The notes below the pieces were generated by a model that was not told where the DNA came from, made no database searches, and saw nothing but the letters and a program-made list of their open reading frames with translations. The position numbers and the translations under genes are program-made. Shown here piece after piece: positions 20,182 through 29,530 of a stretch of 64,000 bases of DNA. The DNA is from an uncultured Alphaproteobacteria bacterium (GTDB lineage: Bacteria; Pseudomonadota; Alphaproteobacteria; Bin95), in assembly GCA_938083135.1 (NCBI GenBank), contig CALLKY010000029.1:2087-66086 (forward strand). The letters run 5' to 3'. Every line of letters starts with the position of its first letter. The first letter of the stretch is position 1.

Positions 20182-21372
20182 ATGCCAGACGGTGCAGAAG
20201 GTGGCGGTTTGGGGTTCGATTTTGTGGCGGACCACAGGCCTAGCTGGGAGACGGAAGACGTCGCCATGTTCCGGGCAGCGGCGCGGCGGTTCTTGCAGGC
20301 TGAGTTCGAGCCCCATGTGGAGCGCTGGACCCAGGCGGGTATAATTGACCGCTCAGCCTGGGCAGCGGCGGGTCAGGCTGGCTTTCTCTGCCCATCAATC
20401 CCGGAAGAATATGGCGGCGGCGGTGGGACGGTAGCGCATCACATCGCCTGGATTGAGGAATTAGAGCGCATCACGCTCGGCTCCGCTTTTGGTGACGCCG
20501 TGCACAGCGGCATCTGCGCCCATTATTTGGCTGAATACGGCACAGAGAGCCAAAAGCGCGCATGGCTGCCCAAAATGGCCCGTGGTGAGGTCATCTGCGC
20601 CATTGCGATGACGGAACCAGGGACAGGTTCGGATCTACAGTCAGTCGCGACTAAGGCAATCCTTGATGGCGAGGATTTGGTGATTAACGGCCAGAAGACA
20701 TTCATCACCAATGGCCAAAATGCGGACCTGGTGATTTTGGTCGCCAAGACAGACCCAAAAGCACGCTCCAAAGGCGTCTCGCTTGTGTTGGTAGAAGCGA
20801 CGCGGCAAGGCTTCAAGCGTGGCCGTAACTTAGAAAAAGTCGGCCTGCACGCTGGCGATACGTCTGAGTTGTTCTTTGAAGATGTGCGTGTACCGGCATC
20901 CAGCATTGTGGGCGAAGAACCAGGGCAGGGGTTCTATCAGCTCATGCGGCAACTCCCGCAGGAGCGCTTGCTGATTGCTGCAGGGGCCGTGGGCTCCATG
21001 GAAACGGGGATCGCGCTGACATTGGATTACGTCAAGCAGCGGAAAGCCTTCGGCCAAGCAATCTTTGATTTCCAGAATACCAAGCACAAATTGGCGGAAG
21101 CCGCGACAGAAGCGCGGGTCGCACGGGTATTTGTCGATGATTGCGTGGAGAAACTGCTCGCCGGTGAACTGAACGCGACACTTGCTAGCATGGCCAAATA
21201 CTGGGCTTCGGATAAACAAAATGAGGTGCTCGACCTCTGCGTTCAACTGCATGGCGGCTATGGCTATATGGCGGAATATCCGATTGCTCGCATGTGGACA
21301 GATGCCCGCGTTCAGAAGATTTATGGCGGCACGAATGAGATTATGAAGGAACTGATCGCGCGCAGTTTATAG
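20182..21372 (+). CDS. Acyl-CoA dehydrogenase
   Basis: AMTEPGTGSD, NGQKTFITNG, YGGTNEI. Confidence 0.9.
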   Translation: MPDGAEGGGLGFDFVADHRPSWETEDVAMFRAAARRFLQAEFEPHVERWTQAGIIDRSAWAAAGQAGFLCPSIPEEYGGGGGTVAHHIAWIEELERITLGSAFGDAVHSGICAHYLAEYGTESQKRAWLPKMARGEVICAIAMTEPGTGSDLQSVATKAILDGEDLVINGQKTFITNGQNADLVILVAKTDPKARSKGVSLVLVEATRQGFKRGRNLEKVGLHAGDTSELFFEDVRVPASSIVGEEPGQGFYQLMRQLPQERLLIAAGAVGSMETGIALTLDYVKQRKAFGQAIFDFQNTKHKLAEAATEARVARVFVDDCVEKLLAGELNATLASMAKYWASDKQNEVLDLCVQLHGGYGYMAEYPIARMWTDARVQKIYGGTNEIMKELIARSL

Positions 21373-21391
21373 CATCGGAGCACTGGGAATC

Positions 21392-21781
21392 ATGGCCGTC
21401 CAACCGCTGACCTTTATCATCCAGTCCACCGCCATTGAGCGCGTGCATTATGCCATGATGATGGCCGCATCAAACGCGGCGCTGGGTGGTGCAGTTACAC
21501 TGTTTTTTGCAATCGGTACGGCAAATATCCTGATGCCAAGCGGACCGGGGCTGTTGGACAACACGCGTTTTGCAGGCCAGTTAGAAGCTGCTGGAATTGC
21601 TAGCATTGATGATTTGCTAGAAGCGCTAGCCGAGCTCGATTGCCGGATTACTGTCTGCGATGCAGCACTTGCTTTTGCTGCGATTGGATCTGGCGATCTC
21701 AGATCCGATATTGCGATTGAGGTCACAGGGCTGACGGATATCCTAGCAAACCTTGCTGGCGGACAAATCATTTACGTCTAG
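21392..21781 (+). CDS. DsrE/YchN-like small protein (tentative)
   Basis: 129 aa with an alpha/beta pattern and a conserved Cys (TVCDAAL), resembling the DsrE/DsrF fold. Low certainty. Confidence 0.4.
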   Translation: MAVQPLTFIIQSTAIERVHYAMMMAASNAALGGAVTLFFAIGTANILMPSGPGLLDNTRFAGQLEAAGIASIDDLLEALAELDCRITVCDAALAFAAIGSGDLRSDIAIEVTGLTDILANLAGGQIIYV

Positions 21782-21844
21782 CGCGCCCTGGCGGTATAGT
21801 CGTTTGCAAACAGGTTTCAACATACATGATTGGGGGCGCAAGCC

Positions 21845-22513
21845 ATGGGCGCGTTTATCTCGCTGAAGGCCGAAGATAGCCACGAATTCGATTGCTACAA
21901 AGTTGACCCGGAGGGCACGCCTAAGGGTGGCATTGTCGTTATCCAGGAAATTTTTGGCGTCAACGCGCATATCCGCGAAGTGGCGGACGGCTACGCGGCA
22001 GAGGGCTATGCTGTCCTGGCACCTGCGCTGTTTGACCGGGCGTCTAGGAACTTCGAAGTTGGCTACACGCCGGATGATATCGCCAAAGGGCGGGATACCC
22101 GCGCGGAAGTCGCGTGGGATGATGCGGTCAAGGATGTGGCTGCGACCGTTGCAGAAATGCGCAAAAGCCAGGGTAAAATCGGCACGGTCGGCTATTGCTG
22201 GGGTGGATCGATGTCTTGGTTGGCAGCGACCCGCGTCGGCGTCAGCGCTAGCGTTTGCTACTATGGCGGCCAGATCGCAATACATAATGACGAAGCGCCG
22301 AAGAACCCTGTGATGATGCACTTCGGTGAGAATGATCACGGTATTCCGATGGCGGATGTCGACAAAATTCGCGCTGCCCATGGCGACGCAGAGATTTTTA
22401 CCTATCCGGCCGGCCACGGCTTCAATTGCGATCACCGCGGCGACTTTGACCCCGAAAGCGCCAAGACAGCACGTGAGCGTACGCTTGCATTCTTCGCGAA
22501 ACACGTCGGGTAA
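21845..22513 (+). CDS. Dienelactone hydrolase family protein
   Basis: GYCWGG nucleophile motif, IQEIFGVN. Confidence 0.85.
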   Translation: MGAFISLKAEDSHEFDCYKVDPEGTPKGGIVVIQEIFGVNAHIREVADGYAAEGYAVLAPALFDRASRNFEVGYTPDDIAKGRDTRAEVAWDDAVKDVAATVAEMRKSQGKIGTVGYCWGGSMSWLAATRVGVSASVCYYGGQIAIHNDEAPKNPVMMHFGENDHGIPMADVDKIRAAHGDAEIFTYPAGHGFNCDHRGDFDPESAKTARERTLAFFAKHVG

Positions 22514-22585
22514 AGACCGGGCGGCGCTTGCTTTCCAGCCTTGGGGCGGCGGGCGCCGCTGCCTCAAGCAAGCTGGAGCACCATC

Positions 22586-23239
22586 ATGTACTCACCGCCA
22601 TACTTTTCTGAAGCCGATGCTGACGGCCTTGCCATTGTCCGCGAGGCACCGTTCGCATTGCTGATTTCCCAGGGTGCAGATGGCGAAACCGCCACGACGC
22701 ATCTACCGATCATTCTCGATCCAGATGCAGCGCCAGACGCACCTGTACTACTGGGCCATATCGCCCGCGCAAACCCACACTGCAAAGCGCTAACGGATGG
22801 GACTGCCGTCCTGGCGGTGTTCACTGGACCGAACGCTTATATCTCACCCAATTGGTACCCATCTAAACATGCGGGCGCGCAGACTGTTCCCACATGGAAT
22901 TATGTAGCGGCCCATATCTCTGGCCGGATTGAAGCGCTGCCTGACATGGCAGACAAACGCCGTTGCGTCACCTTGCTCTCAGATCGATTTGAAGGTGACG
23001 GTCCGCGCGCGTGGCGGCTTGATGATGAACCTGAGGATTTTATCCGCAAGATGCTTGGCGGAATTTATGCATTTCGGATTGTCGTTGATGACATTCAGGC
23101 AAAGGCCAAGCTTAGCCAGAACCGGAGCCAGCTAGACCGGGCAGGGGTCATCAATGGCCTACAGGCGACAGAACGGCCAAGTGACTTCGCGCTCGCGGAG
23201 GCAATGCTCGCACGTGACCTGGACAAAGAAACCAAATAG
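22586..23239 (+). CDS. PaiB-family FMN-binding negative transcriptional regulator
   Basis: PNWYPSKHAGAQTVPTWNYVAAH, characteristic of PaiB. Start at MYSPPYF. Confidence 0.8.
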   Translation: MYSPPYFSEADADGLAIVREAPFALLISQGADGETATTHLPIILDPDAAPDAPVLLGHIARANPHCKALTDGTAVLAVFTGPNAYISPNWYPSKHAGAQTVPTWNYVAAHISGRIEALPDMADKRRCVTLLSDRFEGDGPRAWRLDDEPEDFIRKMLGGIYAFRIVVDDIQAKAKLSQNRSQLDRAGVINGLQATERPSDFALAEAMLARDLDKETK

Positions 23240-23244
23240 GGGGC

Positions 23245-23877
23245 TTAGCGCCGGGCGTCCGCTCGCTTCTCAGCTGTTTTGATTGCATCTGTATTCAGCG
23301 CCGCTTTGACCTGATCACGGGCAGCATCTGCATTTGGAGCAGCATTTTCTGCAGCCAAGATGAGCCAGGACAATGCATCCGTCAGCGCTGCTTCGCCACC
23401 AAGATTAATCAAGGAAAGAGCCAGGTTGAATTGTGCTGGCCCATAGCTTTGCCGCGCGGCCTGCCAATACCAGCGGCGCGCGCCTTTGGCATCGCCAGCC
23501 TGGTCCGCCAGTGCACCGAGATTGAATTGCGCTTCTGGAAGACCGGATTCCGCAGCATCTGTGAGCAAACGCTTTGCGGAGGCTGCGTCGCCAGCAGCAA
23601 GCTTGATCTGGCTATACCGGAGTTGCGCTTCTGGAATGCCCGCCGCAGCGGCCTTGGCAATCCAGCTTTCCGCGGTGCCCCAGCGGGCTTCGGATGCTGG
23701 CCCTAATTCTTCGAGCGCCAGCCCCAGCAGAAACTGCGCTTCGGCATTTCCAGCATTGGCTTTGTCGAAATAATATACGGGCGCTTTGCTGTAATTATCG
23801 AATGGCGCAATTTGCGCTTTCGCAGGAACAGCAGCAATTGCTAGACCAAGAAAACCAGCCAGAACTAGAGATCGAAT
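23245..23877 (-). CDS. Sel1-repeat (TPR-like) periplasmic protein with an unresolved start
   Basis: Signal-like RSLVLAGFLGLAIAAVPAKAQ is followed by repeated AEAQFxLG/A Sel1 motifs. There is no in-frame ATG, GTG or TTG immediately before the signal peptide. ATT (plus 23875..23877) sits where Met is expected. Confidence 0.55.
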   Translation of the reverse strand: MRSLVLAGFLGLAIAAVPAKAQIAPFDNYSKAPVYYFDKANAGNAEAQFLLGLALEELGPASEARWGTAESWIAKAAAAGIPEAQLRYSQIKLAAGDAASAKRLLTDAAESGLPEAQFNLGALADQAGDAKGARRWYWQAARQSYGPAQFNLALSLINLGGEAALTDALSWLILAAENAAPNADAARDQVKAALNTDAIKTAEKRADARR

Positions 23878-24239
23878 AGGCCTGTAAGCCGGTCCAGCAT
23901 TGAGGGCGTCGCTGCTTTGGCTGAATCCTGTGCAGAAACTGGTTCCGCAGCGCTTTCGGGCATTGGTCCGGGTTTTTCTGCCACCGACATGCTCTTCGGC
24001 TCGGATACCGGCCCACCTTCGATTAGTCGGTAATCCTGACCAGGCAATCGCTTGTGATAGCAGTCCGGTTTGCCGATGGTCTGATAACACCATACGGCTG
24101 AAGGGTCCGCTGGCTGCTTTTCGCCAATCGGTGCCCATTCCCTTGCCGTCCAATGACTGTCCGTCGGTTGGGGCAAGCAGGCAGACAGAAATACGCTGGA
24201 AAGCGCTGATAGTGCGAAAGCGGATGCGGCGAAGCGCAT
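23865..24239 (-). CDS. Hypothetical lipoprotein
   Basis: MRFAASAFALSALSSVFLSAC lipobox. This is a separate frame overlapping the 5' extension of the 341-aa ORF, and its stop overlaps the Sel1 gene start. Confidence 0.5.
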   Translation of the reverse strand: MRFAASAFALSALSSVFLSACLPQPTDSHWTAREWAPIGEKQPADPSAVWCYQTIGKPDCYHKRLPGQDYRLIEGGPVSEPKSMSVAEKPGPMPESAAEPVSAQDSAKAATPSMLDRLTGLFDL

Positions 24240-24307
24240 GGGCGCGTCCCCTAAATACAATGAGGGTCATCTTTTAATACGCGCCCAATCTACTGCCAAT
24301 CCGCCAA

Positions 24308-25300
24308 CTAACCGTTAACATCCACGACGGTGCGCCCGCGCACCTGACCGCCAAGGATCGCATCAGCCATCCCCATGACCTGCTCAAGCCCAACGACACT
24401 CGTGGTGGCGTCCAGCTTCTCCAGCGGCAGGTCCGTTGCGAGCCGTGACCAAACTTCGGCGCGTTCAGACTCTGGTGCCATTACAGAATCAATGCCTGCC
24501 AACGTCACGCCACGGATGATGAAGGGAATAACGGTCGTCGGCAGTTTCGGCCCCCCAGCGAGACCACAAGCCGCTACAACGCCTTTATACTTCATCGCTG
24601 TCAGAACACCGGCGAGCAGATCACCGCCAACGGTATCAACGGCACCAGCGAAACGTTCAGACTGCAATGGACGCTTAGCCAATTCAGTTAATTCTTCGCG
24701 AGCAATCATGCTGCTGGCACCAAGGTCCGTGAAATAGTCCGCCAGTTCGGCACGGCCAGAGCCTGCCGTCACCGTGTAGCCCAACTTGCCAAGGATCGCG
24801 ACAGCGACACTGCCGACGCCACCGCCAGCACCCGTCACTAGCACTTCGCCAGACTCTGGCGTCACGCCGTGCTTCTCAATCGCCAATACACACTGCATGG
24901 CCGTGAAGCCAGCTGTACCAATGGCCATCGCTTGAATATCGGAAAGGCCATCCGGCGCTTTCACAAGCCATTCAGATTTCAGGCTGGCATGGGTCGCATA
25001 ACCACCCCACCAGGCTTCACCAACCCGGTATCCGGTGCAGATCACCCGGTCGCCTTTGGCAAAACCAGCGGCCTTGCTGTCCTCGACAATGCCGACCAGA
25101 TCGATACCTGGCACATGTGGATAATTCCGAACAAGGCCGCCTTGGCCCTTCAGAACCAAACCGTCTTTGTAGTTCAGCGTGGAATAGAGCACGCGGATCT
25201 GCACATCGCCTTCTGGCAGACGTGACCGATCCAATTCCTGCAGGCTGGCACTGACGCCATCTTCGCCCTTTTCGAGCACAATGCCCCGTACGTCACTCAT
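24308..25300 (-). CDS. YhdH/AcuI-type MDR-family NADPH-dependent oxidoreductase (acrylyl-CoA reductase-like)
   Basis: Collinear with E. coli YhdH from MSDVRGIVLEKGEDG... (LNYKD, GAGGGVGS). Confidence 0.8.
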   Translation of the reverse strand: MSDVRGIVLEKGEDGVSASLQELDRSRLPEGDVQIRVLYSTLNYKDGLVLKGQGGLVRNYPHVPGIDLVGIVEDSKAAGFAKGDRVICTGYRVGEAWWGGYATHASLKSEWLVKAPDGLSDIQAMAIGTAGFTAMQCVLAIEKHGVTPESGEVLVTGAGGGVGSVAVAILGKLGYTVTAGSGRAELADYFTDLGASSMIAREELTELAKRPLQSERFAGAVDTVGGDLLAGVLTAMKYKGVVAACGLAGGPKLPTTVIPFIIRGVTLAGIDSVMAPESERAEVWSRLATDLPLEKLDATTSVVGLEQVMGMADAILGGQVRGRTVVDVNG

Positions 25301-25583
25301 ACTTCTCGCCCCATTTGGATAGATATCAGCGCAACCAGCGAATCCCCTGGCGACTGCGCTCAATCAATTTCACCGGCTTGTAACAAATACGGTGCGGGCA
25401 GGGAAGTTGTGGCGGAATGCCTTGGATTTAGCCATCTCCGCCAGTCTAGCACGGCGCTTGCAATAGTCCGTATGAGCTGAATGCCACATTGGCGGAAATC
25501 CTAGGATTTTCGTCTGGCGCTAGGCAAGTTTCGCCGGGACGGATTGACCGACCGGCGCCCATGCAGGGGAAGGACGACCGAAT

Positions 25584-25856
25584 ATGAGCAAGACTGATGA
25601 TATTGATACACCCGTTATTACTGGCGATTACCGGATGATGACCGCCGAAATCGTGCTTGATGGCGCTACTGAGGACGGTGAGGCGATCACTTGGCGGGAT
25701 TACGACCGCACGCCAGGCTTCCCAAGGCTGCGCGCATTTCTTTCCCGATGCCGGGATAGCATGGACTATCAGTTCCGTTCCGTGACGGTCACTGAGATCA
25801 CGGAGTCGCAGCTACCAGCGTGCCGCTTTTCGCCTTCATCGGTGATGTTGCACTAG
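25584..25856 (+). CDS. Hypothetical small protein (90 aa)
   Basis: GGAAGGA RBS 8 nt upstream. It lies in an otherwise non-coding region of about 680 nt. No family recognised. Confidence 0.35.
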   Translation: MSKTDDIDTPVITGDYRMMTAEIVLDGATEDGEAITWRDYDRTPGFPRLRAFLSRCRDSMDYQFRSVTVTEITESQLPACRFSPSSVMLH

Positions 25857-26039
25857 AGCGCCGTGCGTCGCTTGGCCATGCAGCCCGGCGCTTTATCACA
25901 TTGATTGCGGGCAATTTATCCCGACTAATCTGATTCAGATTGATCGGGAATTGCCCTAGTATCGAACAGGGGCCTGTAACTTTGGCCGCATCATCCTATA
26001 TCCTACTTCGCGGGCGGGCCTCGCCCCGGAGGGATATGG

Positions 26040-26933
26040 ATGCTTGCGGAAAACTCAAAGATCCTAAGTTTCGCACGACGCCCAGACCGCGCGTTCGTTC
26101 GTGTGACAGGCGATGAGGCGGCAGAATTTCTGCAAGGCCTGATATCCCAAGACACCCATAAAATAACGCTGGATCATGCAGGTTATGGCGCGCTTCTAAC
26201 GCCACAAGGCAAGTTTCTGCACGATCTATTCTTGACCAAACTTCCCGATGGATTCCGTCTCGAATGCGAGCGGGAGCGGCGGGATGATCTCGTCACGCGG
26301 CTGAAGCGCTATCGCCTTCGCGCCAAGATAGACATAGCGCCTGATGATGACGTTGCCGTCGCTGTCCTGTGGGGCAATGGCGCGAACGATGCTGTGGGAT
26401 TGGCGGGACAACCGGGCTCAACCCTCATTGAAGGCACGCGCACGTCTTACGTTGATCCTCGACTTGCCGTTCTTGGCGTGCGGATCATTGATATGCCAGA
26501 TGCACTGACTGCCCCGTCGGCCGCAACAGAATCTAGCCTTGATATTTTCCGAGCTTACAGGCTGGCGCTTGGCGTTCCTGAAGGCTCCGGCGATATTCTG
26601 GTTGATCGGGGTTTTCTGCTTGAGAACGGGTTTGATGAACTGAATGGCGTCGATTGGCAAAAAGGTTGCTATGTCGGACAAGAGCTAACGGCGCGCACCA
26701 AATATCGTGGCTTGGTGAAACGTCGGCTCATGCCTGTCCGTATTGAAGGAGAGGCACCGGAACCAGGCTCCAAGATTGAGGCTGATGGCCGTGACGCTGG
26801 CGAAATCCGTTCCGTCGCTGGCGAATGGGCCTTGGCGCTGATCCGGCTGGATGCGTGGCGCGGTGGTGGACCAATGACCTCTGGCAGCGCGACCGTAACC
26901 CCGCAAAAACCTGATTGGGCGGCGTTCGAGTAA
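26040..26933 (+). CDS. ygfZ: YgfZ/CAF17 folate-binding Fe-S cluster repair protein
   Basis: KGCYVGQE signature near the C-terminal third and an aminomethyltransferase-like fold. Confidence 0.8.
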   Translation: MLAENSKILSFARRPDRAFVRVTGDEAAEFLQGLISQDTHKITLDHAGYGALLTPQGKFLHDLFLTKLPDGFRLECERERRDDLVTRLKRYRLRAKIDIAPDDDVAVAVLWGNGANDAVGLAGQPGSTLIEGTRTSYVDPRLAVLGVRIIDMPDALTAPSAATESSLDIFRAYRLALGVPEGSGDILVDRGFLLENGFDELNGVDWQKGCYVGQELTARTKYRGLVKRRLMPVRIEGEAPEPGSKIEADGRDAGEIRSVAGEWALALIRLDAWRGGGPMTSGSATVTPQKPDWAAFE

Positions 26934-26939
26934 GCAGCG

Positions 26940-27467
26940 ATGAATGGCCCATCGACCAGAATGGCGCTGCATCAGGGCGACATCACCAAGCTTCGCGTCG
27001 ATGCCATCGTAAACGCTGCGAATTCGTCTTTGCTAGGCGGTGGTGGGGTTGATGGGGCCATTCACCGTGCTGCAGGACCAGATTTGTTGAAAGAATGCCG
27101 GGAACTTGGCGGATGCCCCACGGGAGAGGCGCGAATTACGGGCGGATACAACCTTCCTGCAAAACACGTAATTCATACAGTTGGGCCGATATATTCAGGG
27201 GCCAGGGATGATGATCCAGCCCTTGCTGCTTGTTACCGCACCTGCATCCGGCTTGCTGTGGAAAACGACTGCAAGACACTTGCCTTCCCAGCAATTTCAA
27301 CGGGCGTTTATCATTTTCCTTTTGACCGTGCCGCCCGCATTGCTACTGCAGTCACCATGATGGAACTTGAGCGGGCACCTTCCATTGAGCAGGTCACATT
27401 CGTGCTTTTCAGCGATGCTGACTTTCAACGGTTCAGCAATATTTTTATAGGCGCTACTTCGTCCTAA
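26940..27467 (+). CDS. Macro-domain protein (O-acetyl-ADP-ribose deacetylase, Appr-1''-pase-like)
   Basis: GDITKLRVDAIVNAANSSLLGGGGVDGAIH, the classic macro-domain motif. Confidence 0.85.
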   Translation: MNGPSTRMALHQGDITKLRVDAIVNAANSSLLGGGGVDGAIHRAAGPDLLKECRELGGCPTGEARITGGYNLPAKHVIHTVGPIYSGARDDDPALAACYRTCIRLAVENDCKTLAFPAISTGVYHFPFDRAARIATAVTMMELERAPSIEQVTFVLFSDADFQRFSNIFIGATSS

Positions 27468-28065
27468 TCGGCGCTTGGCCTGCTGCAACCACCCAATCAT
27501 CAAAGAAAGGGCTGTCAGCGAGGCCTGCGTCCGAGAATGGAAAGTCTGCTTCGACGCGGTAGCTCGGTGCCGGTGATCTGAGTTCAGACGAAAACACCGA
27601 GAATCCAGATATTCGGATCGATTCTCGATGGAAGCGCGCGTACCGCTCCAAGAATCGACTAACGCGTTTGATGTTAGAATAACCGTCAAAGCGCGCCAGT
27701 GTGATGTGTGGCTTGAAGGTCCGGCTTTCAGGCTGAAAGCCCGCCCTGCGGCAGGCGGGTTCGATCTTTGCATTGAGGTCATGCAAAGGCTCTTCCGGCT
27801 TCATGCCCATCCAGAGTGCACGCACATCGCCTTTGGACTCGAACACCCCAACTCCGCTTGGCGCAATGTAGAAGGAGGGCATATCAATCCGCCCAAGTTC
27901 GCCAGCCAGGTCATCCGCCTGACCGCCGTCGGTTTGCCCCAGAAAGCGCAGCGTGAGGTGCATATTCTCCTGCCAGACCCAACGTGCACCTGGCACGCCG
28001 CCTCGAAGCTTTACCAGCTCCTTACGAAACCATTCCGGCAGTTCTAGGGCGATGAACAGGCGCAT
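27454..28065 (-). CDS. thpR: RNA 2',3'-cyclic phosphodiesterase (2H-phosphoesterase, LigT/ThpR)
   Basis: Two H-x-T-x motifs (HLTLRF, HITLARF), about 200 aa. Confidence 0.8.
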   Translation of the reverse strand: MRLFIALELPEWFRKELVKLRGGVPGARWVWQENMHLTLRFLGQTDGGQADDLAGELGRIDMPSFYIAPSGVGVFESKGDVRALWMGMKPEEPLHDLNAKIEPACRRAGFQPESRTFKPHITLARFDGYSNIKRVSRFLERYARFHRESIRISGFSVFSSELRSPAPSYRVEADFPFSDAGLADSPFFDDWVVAAGQAPIRTK

Positions 28066-28079
28066 GGTCGGAAATTCCC

Positions 28080-29435
28080 TTAGTCGCCACTCAGGCTCTG
28101 TGCCTTAGCCAATGCGTGCGCTGCCGTCGCTGCATCTCCGCTGGCGCTAGCCGCATCAGCCAACCGCCGCCAATCAAATGCACTTCTCGGCCTCAGGCTG
28201 GTACGCTCTGCCAACAGGGCTTTGGCTTGTCGGGTGTCACCGGATCGGATCGTGGCATCGATTAATATCTGCTGGAAGACATCGCGCTGGGCGTGACTCC
28301 CCCCAATCGCGCTCCATTTGTACCTAACAGACGAAAGTTTAGCGGCGGCGCTTGCGTAATCGCCAGCACCGTAGGCTGCGATGCCATCGGCCATTGGTCT
28401 AGCGATGTGACGATACACAGGCCCCCAAGTGCCGCCAGTCGCTCCGCCATGGCTCGCAATAGAACTGCAGCTCGACACGGCCTTCGCGTCCTCTCCGGCA
28501 CCGCTGAGCGCCAGCATGATATGCAGATCATTGAAGGGCAGTATGTGTTCCTCAGCCTTGGTCGCTGCCACATCTGCCAAGCGATCCCAACGGGAGCCAC
28601 AGTCCACATCGCGGATTTTAAGGCGCGTCAGCATGGCGGCGGCATTGGCGATATCCAAGCCATCGTCCGTTTCTTCCGAACGGAAGGCGTTGTCGTATAG
28701 GTCAAGCACTGCGTCATGCTCGCCAAGCTCCAAGTGGTAGAGCGCCTTATGCCACCACACATGGTTGGCGAAATTATGGACCTTACCGGCCCAATTCGGT
28801 TCCTCACGCTCAATCCAGTGAATGCCTTCACGGGCGCGGCCCTGCATTTCCAAAACATGGGCGACGGCATGGACGGACCATGCATCGGTTGGGTCAAGCT
28901 CGACAGCGCGTCGACCAATGCGTTCCGCTTCGGCGTAATGCCCGGCTTCCTCCAGCCCAAAGGCCCGCATGCCCAGAACATTCGCGAATCCAGGCGTGTC
29001 GTGCGTCCATGCTTGCATAACGCGGGCGACTGAATCCCGGTGCTCCGCGATATTGCCCAGATAGAAGTGCAGGTAATGGACCAGCTTCAGCGCTGCGATA
29101 TCAAGGGGCCATTGCAGTAGAACCAATTCAAGCAACCGCGCCGCTTCGCCGATTTCTCCATCGGTCCAGGCTGCCAGTGCTGCAGCGTGCAATTTCTCGC
29201 GGGCATTGCCATGGGATTCAGCAAGTGCCGTAGCTTTCGATGAGGCTGCAGCCGCGCGCTCCAATAACGGACCAACGACCATCAGATGGAAAATATAGCC
29301 TGCCATGCACTGATTCATGGGGGCTTCCGGATCTGCCTGCATTGCTGCCTTCAAGCGCGGGCCTGTGTCTTGCCGAAACCCGATATACCCATCGACCAAG
29401 TGGTCGTGCGCGGTAGCAGCCGCTTGGTTTGCCAT
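28080..29435 (-). CDS. Tetratricopeptide-repeat protein (TTC38-like family)
   Basis: All-helical TPR architecture. Start at MANQAAATAHD. Confidence 0.65.
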   Translation of the reverse strand: MANQAAATAHDHLVDGYIGFRQDTGPRLKAAMQADPEAPMNQCMAGYIFHLMVVGPLLERAAAASSKATALAESHGNAREKLHAAALAAWTDGEIGEAARLLELVLLQWPLDIAALKLVHYLHFYLGNIAEHRDSVARVMQAWTHDTPGFANVLGMRAFGLEEAGHYAEAERIGRRAVELDPTDAWSVHAVAHVLEMQGRAREGIHWIEREEPNWAGKVHNFANHVWWHKALYHLELGEHDAVLDLYDNAFRSEETDDGLDIANAAAMLTRLKIRDVDCGSRWDRLADVAATKAEEHILPFNDLHIMLALSGAGEDAKAVSSCSSIASHGGATGGTWGPVYRHIARPMADGIAAYGAGDYASAAAKLSSVRYKWSAIGGSHAQRDVFQQILIDATIRSGDTRQAKALLAERTSLRPRSAFDWRRLADAASASGDAATAAHALAKAQSLSGD

Positions 29436-29530
29436 AGTCAGCCGAAGGCCGCGCTTGTCATGAAATTCCGGCATCGCTTCAGGCTCCGCTAGGCTGTCGT
29501 TTGCCAGCAGCCACTTTAACAGATGTCAGG

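Noticed and set aside
21743-22567. 274-aa minus-strand ORF overlapping the dienelactone hydrolase gene
   Set aside because: The sequence is Arg-rich and low-complexity. The sense strand encodes an unmistakable DLH with the GYCWGG nucleophile motif.
23880-24270. N-terminal about 130 codons of the 341-aa ORF 23245..24270 (a Sel1 protein with a long N-extension)
   Set aside because: The extension precedes the protein's own signal peptide and overlaps, out of frame, a convincing lipoprotein gene (23865..24239). I treated these as two genes.
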